Shown here piece after piece: positions 10,199 through 20,679 of a stretch of DNA of 64,000 nucleotides (position 1 is its first letter; each line of letters opens with the position of its first letter). Position numbers and translations under genes: made by a program. Source of the DNA: Patescibacteria group bacterium. Its GTDB lineage: Bacteria > Patescibacteriota > Patescibacteriia > UBA1558 > GWA2-36-10. Where the stretch lies: NCBI GenBank assembly GCA_041665505.1, contig JBAYIR010000004.1:6797-70796 (forward strand), given 5' to 3'. A model generated the notes under the pieces. That model searched no databases. It was not told the DNA's origin and saw only the letters and a list, made by a program, of their open reading frames with translations.

Positions 10199-12873
10199 AA
10201 TTTTTAAATTGTCAGGCCTGTCAAGGTACTGGTAAATTAAATGGAGCAAACTGTCCAACTTGTCTTGGCTACAGAAATTATTATTTTTCTAATAATAATT
10301 TTTTATATTTTGTCCGTCCAGTCAATTATATTTATATTTTTGTCAGAGAACTCAAAAAAACAGTTGATATTATTATCAATATATTTTTGTTAGGGGGAGT
10401 ATTTTTTTCATTGTATCTGACTTATCGCATACTAAATGTTGTGCAGTTTGAACCTAGAAATTTGTTAATTTTTTTAAGCACGCCAAAAATTGAAAATCTT
10501 TATTTATGGGCTTTGATTTTAGCTGATATGTTTTTGTATTATCGTCTAGTTATACCCGGTATTAAAAAAGCTCAAAAAGAAAAAAAATTAGCCAATAAAG
10601 ATATAAATGTTAAACATAATATTGCCGATCACTTGGGCCAAGAAGTAGCTAATATGATTGATAAGGCCTGGCTCTTTGGTAAATACAAAAAAACTTTTCC
10701 AATTAGTGTTTGGCATTTACTTTTTACTTTATTAAATGACAGAGATATCCGTTTGGTTTTGGCCAGACTAGGAGTAGGAGCTGATAATATTAAAAAAGGT
10801 ATTGATGAAAATATCAGCACCTTGGTAGCTGCACAAGCTGATAAATCAGAGCTAGATGAAACAGCTTTAGACGCCCTGCTCAATGCTTATTTTCATATGT
10901 TAGACAGACATGGTGAATATATTTTAGAAGTAGATTTGCTATATGGCGTGGTGACGACTAGCCAAGCAGTTCGGAATATGTTTTATGATATGGATATTGA
11001 TGAACAAAAAATAGATAATGTCATTTCTTGGGTGAAAATCAATAAAGATTTATTGGAAAGATATAAAAGATTTAGATCTCGGTCTATTTTTAAGCCAAAA
11101 GGCGGTATGAATAGATCTTATACAGCTATTGCTACACCAGTTTTAAATAGTTTTTCTCAGGATTTGACATTGATGGCCAAAGCTGGAGCTTTGGGGCTAT
11201 CTGTAGCCAGAGAAAAAGAAATTAGTGAAATTATATCTACAGTAGAGAGTAGCTTATCTAGTGTGGTCTTGGTGGGGCCACCTGGTATTGGTAAAGGAAA
11301 TATTATAGATGGAATTGCCAATTATATGATGGCTGAGGAAATTCCTGAACTTTTTCAAGATAAACGTTTGGTCTCTGTATCTACACCAATGCTAGTTTCA
11401 GGAGCTGAAGGAGCTGGCAGATTGGAGGAAAGATTTTTGGCCATTTTAAACGAAACCACTGCTTCAGGCAATATTATTTTATATATTGAAGATATCAACC
11501 AATTAGTAGGTATTTCATCTCAAGGCGCTGAAGGTATTTCTCTGGCGGAAATTTTGGCTGGTGAAATCAGAAAGAAAAATATTATAGTCATATCAACGGC
11601 CAATAATAAAGAATATGTAGAATATTTAGAAGGTACTAGCTTGGGCCAAGAGCTCAAAAAAATAAATATAAATGAGCCAGATAAAAATCAGACTATTCAA
11701 ATGATGGAGGCTCATGTGGGGATGGTAGAGGGTAAGCACAGAGTATATTTTACTTATGATGCTTTAGATACTATTTATGAATTGTCCAATCGTTATATTA
11801 CAGATAAGGCTTTACCTAGTAAGGCCATAGATTTGATGGATGAAGCTGGGATTTTGGTCTCTAAGCGCGGGCAAAAAGATAATTTAGTAAAGGCAGAAGA
11901 CATAGAAGCTTTGGTTAGCCATAAAACCAATATTCCTTTGACCGAGGTAACTACTCAAGAATCTGCTAAGTTGCTCAACATAGAAGAGGAAATTCATGAG
12001 CGTATTGTTGGTCAGGAAGAAGCAGTCAAGTTGGTTGGTTCAGCTCTAAGACGTGCTCGGGCAGAATTGCGGGATAAAAATAGGCCAATTGTCAATTTAC
12101 TTTTCCTAGGACCGACTGGTGTGGGAAAGACTGAATTGGCCAAAACAGTAGCTGAAAAATACTTTGGTGATGAAAACAATATGATCCGTCTTGATATGAG
12201 TGAATACCAAGATAAGACTTCCTTACCACGGCTGATTGGTTCTCCTCAAAATGCTACGCCAGGACTGTTGACGGAAGCAGTCAGACATAAACCATTTGCT
12301 CTGCTATTACTTGATGAAATAGAAAAAGCTAATCCGGAAATTTTAAATATTTTTTTACAAGTCATGGAAGATGGAAGGTTGACTGATGCTCTAGGGCGTA
12401 CAGTTGATTTTACCAATTTGATTATTGTAGCTACTTCAAATGCTGGTACATCTTTTATTCAGGATCAGATAAATGCTGGTCGTCAGGTGCATGAATTTAA
12501 AGATCAGTTGATTAAAGAAGAAATTAGAGATTTATTTAAACCAGAGTTTATCAATCGTTTTGATGGCGTGGTAGTTTTCCGTCCACTGACCCAAGAAGAA
12601 ATATTCAAGATTACTGGTTTCATGCTTAATAAAGTCAAAAAAAGATTAGAAGAAAAAGGTATTTTATTTGAAGTAACTGTTCCCGCTCAGCATGAATTGG
12701 CCAAGGCTGGTTTTGATCCGGTCTTTGGTGCTCGGCCACTCAGGCGGGTTATTCAAGAGCAAGTAGATAATACTTTGGCAGATTTCTTGCTCACGGGAAA
12801 ATTTGGTAGAAGAGATGTAGTAGTTTATGATGTTGGTGGAAAGATTAGCGTCAAAAAACCAACAGGCTATTAA
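10186..12873 (+). CDS. ClpA/ClpC-like two-ring AAA+ chaperone with N-terminal zinc finger and two TM helices; D1 Walker motifs degenerate
   Basis: N-terminus CQACQGTGKLNGANCPTCLGY then two TM segments; Clp-N-like repeats; D1 GPPGIGKGNI / ILYIEDIN; D2 GPTGVGKTELAK / LLLLDEIEKA; sensor-2 GARPLRRVIQ; no long M-domain. Confidence 0.7.
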   Translation: MEGLKFLNCQACQGTGKLNGANCPTCLGYRNYYFSNNNFLYFVRPVNYIYIFVRELKKTVDIIINIFLLGGVFFSLYLTYRILNVVQFEPRNLLIFLSTPKIENLYLWALILADMFLYYRLVIPGIKKAQKEKKLANKDINVKHNIADHLGQEVANMIDKAWLFGKYKKTFPISVWHLLFTLLNDRDIRLVLARLGVGADNIKKGIDENISTLVAAQADKSELDETALDALLNAYFHMLDRHGEYILEVDLLYGVVTTSQAVRNMFYDMDIDEQKIDNVISWVKINKDLLERYKRFRSRSIFKPKGGMNRSYTAIATPVLNSFSQDLTLMAKAGALGLSVAREKEISEIISTVESSLSSVVLVGPPGIGKGNIIDGIANYMMAEEIPELFQDKRLVSVSTPMLVSGAEGAGRLEERFLAILNETTASGNIILYIEDINQLVGISSQGAEGISLAEILAGEIRKKNIIVISTANNKEYVEYLEGTSLGQELKKININEPDKNQTIQMMEAHVGMVEGKHRVYFTYDALDTIYELSNRYITDKALPSKAIDLMDEAGILVSKRGQKDNLVKAEDIEALVSHKTNIPLTEVTTQESAKLLNIEEEIHERIVGQEEAVKLVGSALRRARAELRDKNRPIVNLLFLGPTGVGKTELAKTVAEKYFGDENNMIRLDMSEYQDKTSLPRLIGSPQNATPGLLTEAVRHKPFALLLLDEIEKANPEILNIFLQVMEDGRLTDALGRTVDFTNLIIVATSNAGTSFIQDQINAGRQVHEFKDQLIKEEIRDLFKPEFINRFDGVVVFRPLTQEEIFKITGFMLNKVKKRLEEKGILFEVTVPAQHELAKAGFDPVFGARPLRRVIQEQVDNTLADFLLTGKFGRRDVVVYDVGGKISVKKPTGY

Positions 12874-12979
12874 TTTATTCACCCGTCAGGATAAGCTTGG
12901 CGGGTTTTTAAAATAACTTGAAATTTAAGGTCGTTTCGGGTATAATTTTGTTATTGAAGTATTAAAATAATTATCTTTT

Positions 12980-14368
12980 ATGAAAGAATTGCGCAAGTTT
13001 GATAAGGTGGTAAATCTGGCTAAAACTAAAGGCTTTATTTTCCCTTCCTCAGATATTTATGGAGGTTTAAATTCTATCTATGACTACGGTCCTTTAGGGT
13101 TGGAATTGAAAAATAACCTCAAAAAGGCTTGGTTTGATTTTATGTTGGCTAGGCGTGATGTAGTCGGGCTTGATTCTTCAATTCTTATGCATCCGGAAAT
13201 ATGGAAAGCTTCAGGACATTTGGATGGTTTTTCCGATCCTTTAGTTGATTGCAAAAAATGTAAATCGCGTTTTAGAGCTGATCATCTACTAGAAAAAAAA
13301 GGTATTAAGCCAGATTTTGGTAAAGATAAATCTCCTGACATGGGAGATATGAAATGTCCAGAGTGTGGTGGAGAGTTGACCGAGGTCAGACAATTCAATT
13401 TGATGTTTAAGACTTTTATGGGGCCACTAGAGGATAGTGCCAATCAAATATATCTGCGTCCTGAAACTGCTCAGGGTATTTATGTCAATTTTCTAAATGT
13501 CATGAACTCCATGCGTATGAAAATGCCTTTTGGAATTGCCCAGATTGGTAAAGCTTTTAGAAATGAGATTACACCTGGCAATTTTACTTTCCGTATGCGT
13601 GAGTTTGAACAAATGGAAATGCAATATTTTGTTCACCCTGATAAAACAGAAGAAGTTTTTGCCAAGTGGCAAAATTTGCGTATGGATTGGTATAAAGATT
13701 TTGGTATTAATCCAGCTAATCTTCATTTTCGTGAGCATGAAAAAGACGAACTAGCTCATTATGCCAAACGAGCACTGGATATTGAATATAATTTTGGATT
13801 CTCAACTAATGAGACTTTCAAAGAATTAGAAGGTATTCATCATCGTGGCAATTGGGATCTTAGTCAACATCAGAAATTTTCCAAACAAAAATTGTCAGTT
13901 AAAGATGAAAATAATCAGGAATATATTCCCAATGTTATTGAAACCTCTGGCGGGGTAGATAGAGCTACTTTGGCCTTTTTGATGGAGGCTTATACTGAAA
14001 TAGATGGTGGTCGCAGTACTACTACCGAAAGTAATAAAGAAACAGAAGTAGTGCTTAAATTGGATAAACGTCTAGCTCCAATTAAAATTGCTATTTTACC
14101 TTTATCTAAAAAAACAGAATTATCTGATCAGACTGACAATATTTATAATATGTTAGTTTCCAAGTATCGTCTGGCTTATGATGAGACTGGCTCAATTGGC
14201 AAACGCTATCGTCGCCAAGATGAAATTGGTACACCTTATTGTTTGACAGTAGATTTTGAAACAATTAATGATAAAAAAGTAACAGTCAGAGATAGAGATA
14301 CTATGGCTCAAGAGCGTATAGCTATTGATGAATTATCAGATTATTTTCAAGAAAAATTTAATAAATAA
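12980..14368 (+). CDS. glyQS: glycyl-tRNA synthetase (dimeric glyQS type)
   Basis: N-terminus AKTKGFIFPSSDIYGGLNSIYDYGPLGLELKNN typical of class II GlyRS; anticodon-binding C-terminus. Confidence 0.85.
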   Translation: MKELRKFDKVVNLAKTKGFIFPSSDIYGGLNSIYDYGPLGLELKNNLKKAWFDFMLARRDVVGLDSSILMHPEIWKASGHLDGFSDPLVDCKKCKSRFRADHLLEKKGIKPDFGKDKSPDMGDMKCPECGGELTEVRQFNLMFKTFMGPLEDSANQIYLRPETAQGIYVNFLNVMNSMRMKMPFGIAQIGKAFRNEITPGNFTFRMREFEQMEMQYFVHPDKTEEVFAKWQNLRMDWYKDFGINPANLHFREHEKDELAHYAKRALDIEYNFGFSTNETFKELEGIHHRGNWDLSQHQKFSKQKLSVKDENNQEYIPNVIETSGGVDRATLAFLMEAYTEIDGGRSTTTESNKETEVVLKLDKRLAPIKIAILPLSKKTELSDQTDNIYNMLVSKYRLAYDETGSIGKRYRRQDEIGTPYCLTVDFETINDKKVTVRDRDTMAQERIAIDELSDYFQEKFNK

Positions 14369-14382
14369 TATTTTTATAATAT

Positions 14383-15651
14383 ATGTTTAAACGTATTGTT
14401 CGTCGTGATGGCAGTGTGATAATACTAGCCCCTAAAAGTGATACCAAAGCCATTACTTTTGAGGTGCTTTATAAAGTGGGTTCCAGGCAAGAGAATGATA
14501 AAAATAATGGTGTTTCTCATTTTGTAGAACATCTAATGTTTAAAGGTACTAGCCGAAGGCCAAACACAGCAGATATCGCTAGAGAATTAGACGGAGTTGG
14601 AGCGCAATACAATGCTTTTACTGGCAAAGAATATACAGGCTACTACATCACCGTTAATAATAGTCATTTGACTATGGCTATAGATATGCTCTCAGATATG
14701 CTTCATAATTCCAAATTTGATAAAGAAGAAATTGATAGAGAAAGAGGCGTGATTGTGGAAGAAATAAATATGTATGAAGACAATCCCATGATGTACATTG
14801 AGGAAGTCTTTGAAAATATATTGTTCAATAGCACCAACTTAGGTCGTCCTATTGCTGGACCAAAAGTAAATATTCAGACTATTTCTCGCCAGGCGCTCTA
14901 TAGTTATCATCAAAAATACTATTATCATGGCAATGCTATTATTGGCTTGGCTGGTAATTTTAATGCCCAGCAAGCTCTTAAATTAATAGATAAACTTTTC
15001 CCTATTAGTTCTCGTCAAGCTAGAATAAAAAATAAAGCCTTGCCAGCTATCAAGCAGACCAAAGCAGTAATAGAAATTATAGATCGCAATTTGGAGCAAG
15101 TGCAATTGATGCTAGGTTGGCGTACTTCTTCAGTCACGGATAAGAATTTTCTTTTTAATCAGCTTTTAGCCAATATTTTGGGTGGGACTATGAGCTCACG
15201 ATTGTTTTTAAATATCAGAGAAAGAAAAGGGCTTTGTTATTTTATTCGGGCAGAAGTCAGTGGTTATGAAGGCTTTAGTGCTTTTACTATTCACGCTGGC
15301 TTAAACAAAGAAAAAATTTATGAAGCGCTTCAAGCCATAAAAGATGAACTAAATAAAATAAAAAAAGATGGCATCACTGCTGAAGAATTATTGCAAGCCA
15401 AAGAAAATATCAAAGGGCATATGATACTAAGAATGGAAAGCTCTAGTGCGCATTTGAATTTTTTAATCTCCCAAGAGGCGATTGGCAAAAACATTAAAGA
15501 CTTGGATGAGAAGTTGGTTGAACTGGATAAAATTAGTCTTAAACAAGTAAATGATTTGGCCAAAAAAATTGTTGATTGGTCACAGTCAAATTTGGCTATT
15601 ATTGGTCCATTTAAAAATAAAGATAAATTTGTAAATATTTTAAAAAAATAA
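14383..15651 (+). CDS. M16-family zinc peptidase (pitrilysin/insulinase-like)
   Basis: Inverted zinc motif HFVEHLMFKGT (HxxEH) followed by ..REL...GA.YNAFT. Confidence 0.7.
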   Translation: MFKRIVRRDGSVIILAPKSDTKAITFEVLYKVGSRQENDKNNGVSHFVEHLMFKGTSRRPNTADIARELDGVGAQYNAFTGKEYTGYYITVNNSHLTMAIDMLSDMLHNSKFDKEEIDRERGVIVEEINMYEDNPMMYIEEVFENILFNSTNLGRPIAGPKVNIQTISRQALYSYHQKYYYHGNAIIGLAGNFNAQQALKLIDKLFPISSRQARIKNKALPAIKQTKAVIEIIDRNLEQVQLMLGWRTSSVTDKNFLFNQLLANILGGTMSSRLFLNIRERKGLCYFIRAEVSGYEGFSAFTIHAGLNKEKIYEALQAIKDELNKIKKDGITAEELLQAKENIKGHMILRMESSSAHLNFLISQEAIGKNIKDLDEKLVELDKISLKQVNDLAKKIVDWSQSNLAIIGPFKNKDKFVNILKK

Positions 15652-15680
15652 AAAGTTTGAAATTTTAAAACAAAAATTTT

Positions 15681-16721
15681 ATGTCTAAACAATCAATCTC
15701 CATCACCACCGGAACAATACTAAGGACAATACTAGTGCTGTTGTTTTTAAGTTTTTTGTTCTTAATAAAAGATGTTTTGGCTTTATTATTTATAGCTATA
15801 ATATTGTCAGCCGCCTTTGACCCATCAGTTGATTGGCTACAAAAATTCAAAATTCCTCGTGCTCTTAGTATTGTGGGCATTTATGCAATAGTTTTATCTT
15901 TTGTTACTTGGTCAATTTATCTTTTATCAGGGCCGCTAGCTGCTCAAGTAGTAGATATAGCCAATGCTTTTCCAGATTTTTATAAAAAAATTAATCAAAA
16001 TTTAGGGGGAGCGATAGATTTGAATAATTTATTTAACCAAGACGCCATTTCTGCTAGTTTTGCAGATATTACCAAGAGTTTAGGTCAAGCAACGAGTGGA
16101 ATATTCAATGTGCTTAGCTCGGTTTTTGGTGGAGTGATTAGTTTTTTTATGGTTTTGGTAATTACTTTTTATTTGACGGTAGAAGAAAATAGTATCAAGC
16201 GTTTTATCAATTCTCTTACTCCAGTTGGACATCAACCTTATGTTTCTAAATTGATAACTACTATACAACATCGTATGGGTTATTGGCTAAGAGGACAACT
16301 ACTCTTATCTTTGATTGTTTTTGTCATGGTCTATATTGGTTTGGCTATACTAGGTATCAAGTACGCTTTAATATTAGCACTACTGGCTGGTATCTTTGAG
16401 ATAGTACCATTTATTGGTCCTTGGATTGCAGCAATTCCTGGTGTATTTTTTGCTTTTTCCTATAGCCCTAGCAAAGCGTTGATGGTAGCTATTATGTATT
16501 TGGTTATTCAACAATTAGAAAATAATTTAATTGTGCCAAAAGTAATGGGTAAAAGCACTGGGCTTAATCCACTAGTGGTATTAGTTGCTATTATGATAGG
16601 TGCTCGTTTGGGCGGGGTGATGGGGGCACTACTAGCTGTACCTGTGGCCTTAGCAGTAGCAGTTTATGTAGAGAGTTTAATTGGGGAGAAAAAAAAGAGG
16701 GATAATAAATTAGCTAAATAA
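15681..16721 (+). CDS. AI-2E family transporter (PerM/UPF0118)
   Basis: About 8 TM helices with FEIVPFIGPWIAAIPGV motif typical of the AI-2E family. Confidence 0.65.
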   Translation: MSKQSISITTGTILRTILVLLFLSFLFLIKDVLALLFIAIILSAAFDPSVDWLQKFKIPRALSIVGIYAIVLSFVTWSIYLLSGPLAAQVVDIANAFPDFYKKINQNLGGAIDLNNLFNQDAISASFADITKSLGQATSGIFNVLSSVFGGVISFFMVLVITFYLTVEENSIKRFINSLTPVGHQPYVSKLITTIQHRMGYWLRGQLLLSLIVFVMVYIGLAILGIKYALILALLAGIFEIVPFIGPWIAAIPGVFFAFSYSPSKALMVAIMYLVIQQLENNLIVPKVMGKSTGLNPLVVLVAIMIGARLGGVMGALLAVPVALAVAVYVESLIGEKKKRDNKLAK

Positions 16722-16747
16722 AATTTATATTTTTTTAAGATAGAATT

Positions 16748-17413
16748 ATGCTGTATATAGTAGCTACACCAATTGGAAATTTATCAGACATCACACTCAG
16801 AGCTTTAGAAGTTTTGCAAAGTGCGGATATTGTTTTAGCTGAAGATACTAGAGTCACCAGAAAACTTTTTAGTTACCATCATATAAATACCAAACTTATT
16901 TCTTGGCATCAACATAGTGATCAAAAAGAATTTGCCAAACTAGCTCAATATTTCAAAGACGGTAAAAATATTGCCTTAGTTACTGATGCTGGTAGTCCAG
17001 GAGTTTCTGACCCTGGCGGTAAATTGATAGAATTAGTTTTGTCTGATTTTCCAGACACAAAGATAGTACCTATTCCTGGTGCTTCGGCTCTGACAGCTAT
17101 AGTATCAGTGGCAGGTGTGGCTATGGATAAATTTTTATTCTTGGGGTTTTTGCCTCATAAAAAAGGTAGAGAGACAATGCTCAGAGAAGTAAAAGAGAGT
17201 AAAATCCCAGTTATATTTTTTGAATCAGTTCATCGCATAGAAAAATTACTTACTCAGTTATCAGATTGTGACAAGCAATTAATAGTCGGTCGTGAACTGA
17301 CCAAACAGTTTGAGACGATTTATCGTGGTCAAGCCAAAGAAATATTTGAGAGCTTACAAAAAGATAAAAGTCAGATAAAAGGTGAGTTTGTGGTATTGGT
17401 TGATAAAAAATAA
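16748..17413 (+). CDS. rsmI: 16S rRNA (cytidine1402-2'-O)-methyltransferase RsmI
   Basis: MLYIVATPIGNLSDITLRALEVLQSADIVLAEDTR tetrapyrrole-methylase fold signature of RsmI. Confidence 0.8.
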   Translation: MLYIVATPIGNLSDITLRALEVLQSADIVLAEDTRVTRKLFSYHHINTKLISWHQHSDQKEFAKLAQYFKDGKNIALVTDAGSPGVSDPGGKLIELVLSDFPDTKIVPIPGASALTAIVSVAGVAMDKFLFLGFLPHKKGRETMLREVKESKIPVIFFESVHRIEKLLTQLSDCDKQLIVGRELTKQFETIYRGQAKEIFESLQKDKSQIKGEFVVLVDKK

Positions 17414-17850
17414 TGATTAAAGAAATACAAAAGTTTTGGGTGTCACAATCAGCTACTTGGATTAAAGACGGAAAATGTTTGATACTAGAAGCACGTAAAC
17501 GACCAGGGTATTGGGGATTAGTTGGTGGTCGTATCAATGAAGGTGAAGAGGCTGAAAGTGCTTTCAAACGCGAACTCAAAGAGGAATTAAATTTAGACAA
17601 TTTTGAAAATTTAGGCCTAGTTGATTACTTGGTTTTTTACAAGAATTCCAGCGGAAAGGAAATGTCTACTCCAGTGTGTATAGTTGTCTCTTTGATAAAA
17701 TCTGATCAGATAGTCGATATTTGTGATTTAAATGAACATAGCAATTTGACTTGGATTAGTGAAAATGAAATAGATAATTATAAGTATATTGTAAGGGGCT
17801 TGGATAAAATTATTAAAAAAGCTTTTGTTAAGTATAAAGGTATAAGCTAA
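17413..17850 (+). CDS. NUDIX hydrolase
   Basis: Nudix box GGRINEGEEAESAFKRELKEELNL (Gx5Ex7REUxEExGU). Confidence 0.6.
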   Translation: MIKEIQKFWVSQSATWIKDGKCLILEARKRPGYWGLVGGRINEGEEAESAFKRELKEELNLDNFENLGLVDYLVFYKNSSGKEMSTPVCIVVSLIKSDQIVDICDLNEHSNLTWISENEIDNYKYIVRGLDKIIKKAFVKYKGIS

Positions 17851-17866
17851 AATTATTTATAATAAT

Positions 17867-18133
17867 ATGTCAGTTACAAAACATTTAGGCACTATCACTA
17901 TTTTGATGAAAGATAGACATAGCTACGCGCTAGAAGTACAGGAAGTGCTGACAGCCAACGGCCATTTGATTATGGCTAGAATGGGCATTAATCCGGCTCG
18001 TACTTGCCTTAAAAATTGTACAGGAGTTATTACCTTAATAGTAGAAGGTACAGTCAAGGAAATAAATGATTTGACCAAAAAACTAGACAAAATCTATGGG
18101 GCAGTAGCCAAAAAAATTATTATTACTGATTAA
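17867..18133 (+). CDS. small ACT/NikR-C-like putative regulator (resembles the TM1266 'iron-only hydrogenase system regulator' family)
   Basis: 88-aa pattern ITILMKDR....VQEVLTANGHLIMARMGI...ITLIVEGT..EINDLTKKL recalled from the TM1266/TIGR03959 family; recognition from memory only. Confidence 0.3.
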   Translation: MSVTKHLGTITILMKDRHSYALEVQEVLTANGHLIMARMGINPARTCLKNCTGVITLIVEGTVKEINDLTKKLDKIYGAVAKKIIITD

Positions 18134-18585
18134 TGAATTTTATTATTAGACAATTAGAAGAAGCTGACATTACAGTCGCTAGTGGCTTTGTAGAAACAAT
18201 GGCTAATATGCATGATATTAGTGGCTTGCCTGTGTCTCAACTAAAAGACCTTTGGCAACAAGCTAGCCAGCCAGGCGTTTATTTTTTGGTGGCTATATCA
18301 CAAGAAGAGGCTTCTAGAGACCAAATTGTGGCTACAGTCAAATTGTTAGTGGAGCCAAAGTTTTTTCATGGTGGCCGTTTAGCAGGGCATATTGAGGATG
18401 TAGTAACTCGCCAAGGTTTTGAAGGTAATGGCCTAGCCAAAGCATTATTAGAAGAAGCTATCAAAATTGCTAGAACCAATAATTGTTATAAAGTAATTTT
18501 GGATTGTAAAAAAGAATTAGTAAATTTTTATAGTAAAGTTGGATTTAAAGAACATGATGTCTGCATGAGAATAGATTTAAATTAA
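18133..18585 (+). CDS. GNAT-family N-acetyltransferase
   Basis: Acetyl-CoA binding motif region HIEDVVTRQGFEGNGLAKALLEEA. Confidence 0.6.
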   Translation: MNFIIRQLEEADITVASGFVETMANMHDISGLPVSQLKDLWQQASQPGVYFLVAISQEEASRDQIVATVKLLVEPKFFHGGRLAGHIEDVVTRQGFEGNGLAKALLEEAIKIARTNNCYKVILDCKKELVNFYSKVGFKEHDVCMRIDLN

Positions 18586-18588
18586 GAT

Positions 18589-20028
18589 ATGTCCAAAAAA
18601 GAAAAATTTTATATTACTACTCCAATATATTATGTTAATGATAAACCGCATATTGGCCACGCCTATACTACAATAGTAGCTGATGTTTTGGCTCGTTTTT
18701 ATCGTGAGGAGATTGGTAAAGAAAATGTTTTCTTTTTGACCGGCACTGATGAACACGGAGCAAAAGTAGCTCAGGCCGCCGCTAAAGAGGGTTTAGATCC
18801 TCAGGCTTTTACCGATCAAGTATCGCAAAAATTTAAAGATACTTGGGAAAATTTGGATATTAGTTATGACCATTTTATTCGTACTACTGACAAAGGACAC
18901 AAAGACATAGTTATTGAGATATTAAAAAAATTAAAAGAGGCTGACGTTCTTTATCAGGGAGATTATCAAGGATTGTATTGTGTGGGTTGTGAAAAATTTA
19001 TTTTAGAAAGTGAGTTAGTTGACAATAAATGTCCAGATCACAACAAGATACCAGAAAAATTGATTGAAAAAAATTGGTTTTTTTCACTCCAGCAATTTTT
19101 ACCAAAAATAAAAAAAGCGATTGAAACTGGTGAATTATCCATTTATCCAGAGTCAAGGAAAAAGGAGGTCTTAGGACTGATTGATAAACAGGAATTGCCA
19201 GATTTTTCTATTTCTCGTAGTAAAAAATCAGTGCCATGGGGTATAGATTTGCCTTTTGATGCCAATCAAAAAACTTATGTCTGGGTTGATGCTCTTAGTA
19301 ACTATATTAGTGCTCTGGCTTATCCCCAGGGGAAAGATTTTAAAAAGTTTTGGCCAGCTGATGCTCAATTTTTAGCTTTGGATATTTTAAAATTTCATGC
19401 AGTTTATTGGCCAGCAATACTTATGGCTTTGGATTTACCTTTGCCAAAATTATATATTCATGGATTTTTCACTATTGATGGTAAAAAGATGAGTAAAACT
19501 TTGGGTAATGTTATTGACCCAAATAAACTAGTAGAGGACTACGGTTCAGAAATTTCCAAATATCTAATATTATCTCAATTTTCTTTTGGATCGGAGGCAG
19601 ATATAAAAATAGAAGATTTTCCAGTGAAATACAATGCTGACTTGGTGAATGGTTTAGGTAATCTGATTAACCGTGTGACCAACATGGTAGAAAAGTATTT
19701 AGATGGAAAAATAAAAGTAGATTTTAAATATACTCAGCTTGGTCAGGAAGAAATAAGACAGCTACATTTTAGAGAGGCGCTACTGACTATTTGGCAGGTA
19801 ATAGCCAAAGACAATTCTTTAATTGATCAGACTAAGCCTTGGGAGCTAGCTAAAGATGAAAAAAATCTGGGGCAGATAGAAAAAATACTTCAGGAATTGA
19901 TTTTGGATCTTTATAATATCGCTTTAGCCCTTAAACCATTTATGCCAAAGAAGTCTAAAGAGATTTTGGATATAGTTACAGCTGATAAGATAAAGAAACC
20001 AGAAAAGCCACTGTTTCCTAGATTATAA
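18589..20028 (+). CDS. metG: methionyl-tRNA synthetase (short form)
   Basis: ITTPIYYVNDKPHIGHAYTT (HIGH) and KMSKTLGNVIDP (KMSKS). Confidence 0.85.
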   Translation: MSKKEKFYITTPIYYVNDKPHIGHAYTTIVADVLARFYREEIGKENVFFLTGTDEHGAKVAQAAAKEGLDPQAFTDQVSQKFKDTWENLDISYDHFIRTTDKGHKDIVIEILKKLKEADVLYQGDYQGLYCVGCEKFILESELVDNKCPDHNKIPEKLIEKNWFFSLQQFLPKIKKAIETGELSIYPESRKKEVLGLIDKQELPDFSISRSKKSVPWGIDLPFDANQKTYVWVDALSNYISALAYPQGKDFKKFWPADAQFLALDILKFHAVYWPAILMALDLPLPKLYIHGFFTIDGKKMSKTLGNVIDPNKLVEDYGSEISKYLILSQFSFGSEADIKIEDFPVKYNADLVNGLGNLINRVTNMVEKYLDGKIKVDFKYTQLGQEEIRQLHFREALLTIWQVIAKDNSLIDQTKPWELAKDEKNLGQIEKILQELILDLYNIALALKPFMPKKSKEILDIVTADKIKKPEKPLFPRL

Positions 20029-20160
20029 TCATCTATAGTGGAGAAAAAACAGCCAATAGTGTATTATAGTAAAAACAATCATTAGTTATTATATATATTT
20101 TAAAATTAAATTTAAGTTTTATATTTTGAATAAAACTTATTTAAAGAGTGAAAAATAAAT

Positions 20161-20679
20161 ATGAATCTTTTTGACATTTTTTTGATCGTAGTGCTATTTA
20201 TCTTTACTTGGAAGGGTTTTAGAGCTGGTTTAGTAGGCGCTATTGGGGGATTGTTTGGAGTATTTTTTGGTATTTGGGCCGGCTCACACTATATGCAACA
20301 AGTCGGTGCTTGGCTGATGAGGGTGATAGATATTGATAATGAATATCTAGCTTTCATTATAGGATTTTTAGCTATTTTTTTGGCGGTCAATATTGCTGTC
20401 GGCATTATTGTTTCAGTTATTAATCGGGTTTTTCACATTATTCCTTTTATTGATATTTTGAATAAACTATTAGGAGCACTAGTTGGTATCATCACAGGGG
20501 CACTAGCAGTATCTTCTATAGTTTATATTATGTCACTTTTACCCATTAGTGATACTATAGCTAACAATATTTTGAATTCCCGACTAGCTGATATAGCTTT
20601 AAATATTGCTTTTATAGTCAAACCGTTTATACCAGCGGCAGTTAAAGAATTAAAATCAATTTTTGAAAATGTTAGTTGA
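20161..20679 (+). CDS. cvpA: CvpA-family membrane protein
   Basis: MNLFDIFLIVVLFIFTWKGFRAGLV N-terminus and 4-TM organisation typical of CvpA. Confidence 0.55.
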   Translation: MNLFDIFLIVVLFIFTWKGFRAGLVGAIGGLFGVFFGIWAGSHYMQQVGAWLMRVIDIDNEYLAFIIGFLAIFLAVNIAVGIIVSVINRVFHIIPFIDILNKLLGALVGIITGALAVSSIVYIMSLLPISDTIANNILNSRLADIALNIAFIVKPFIPAAVKELKSIFENVS

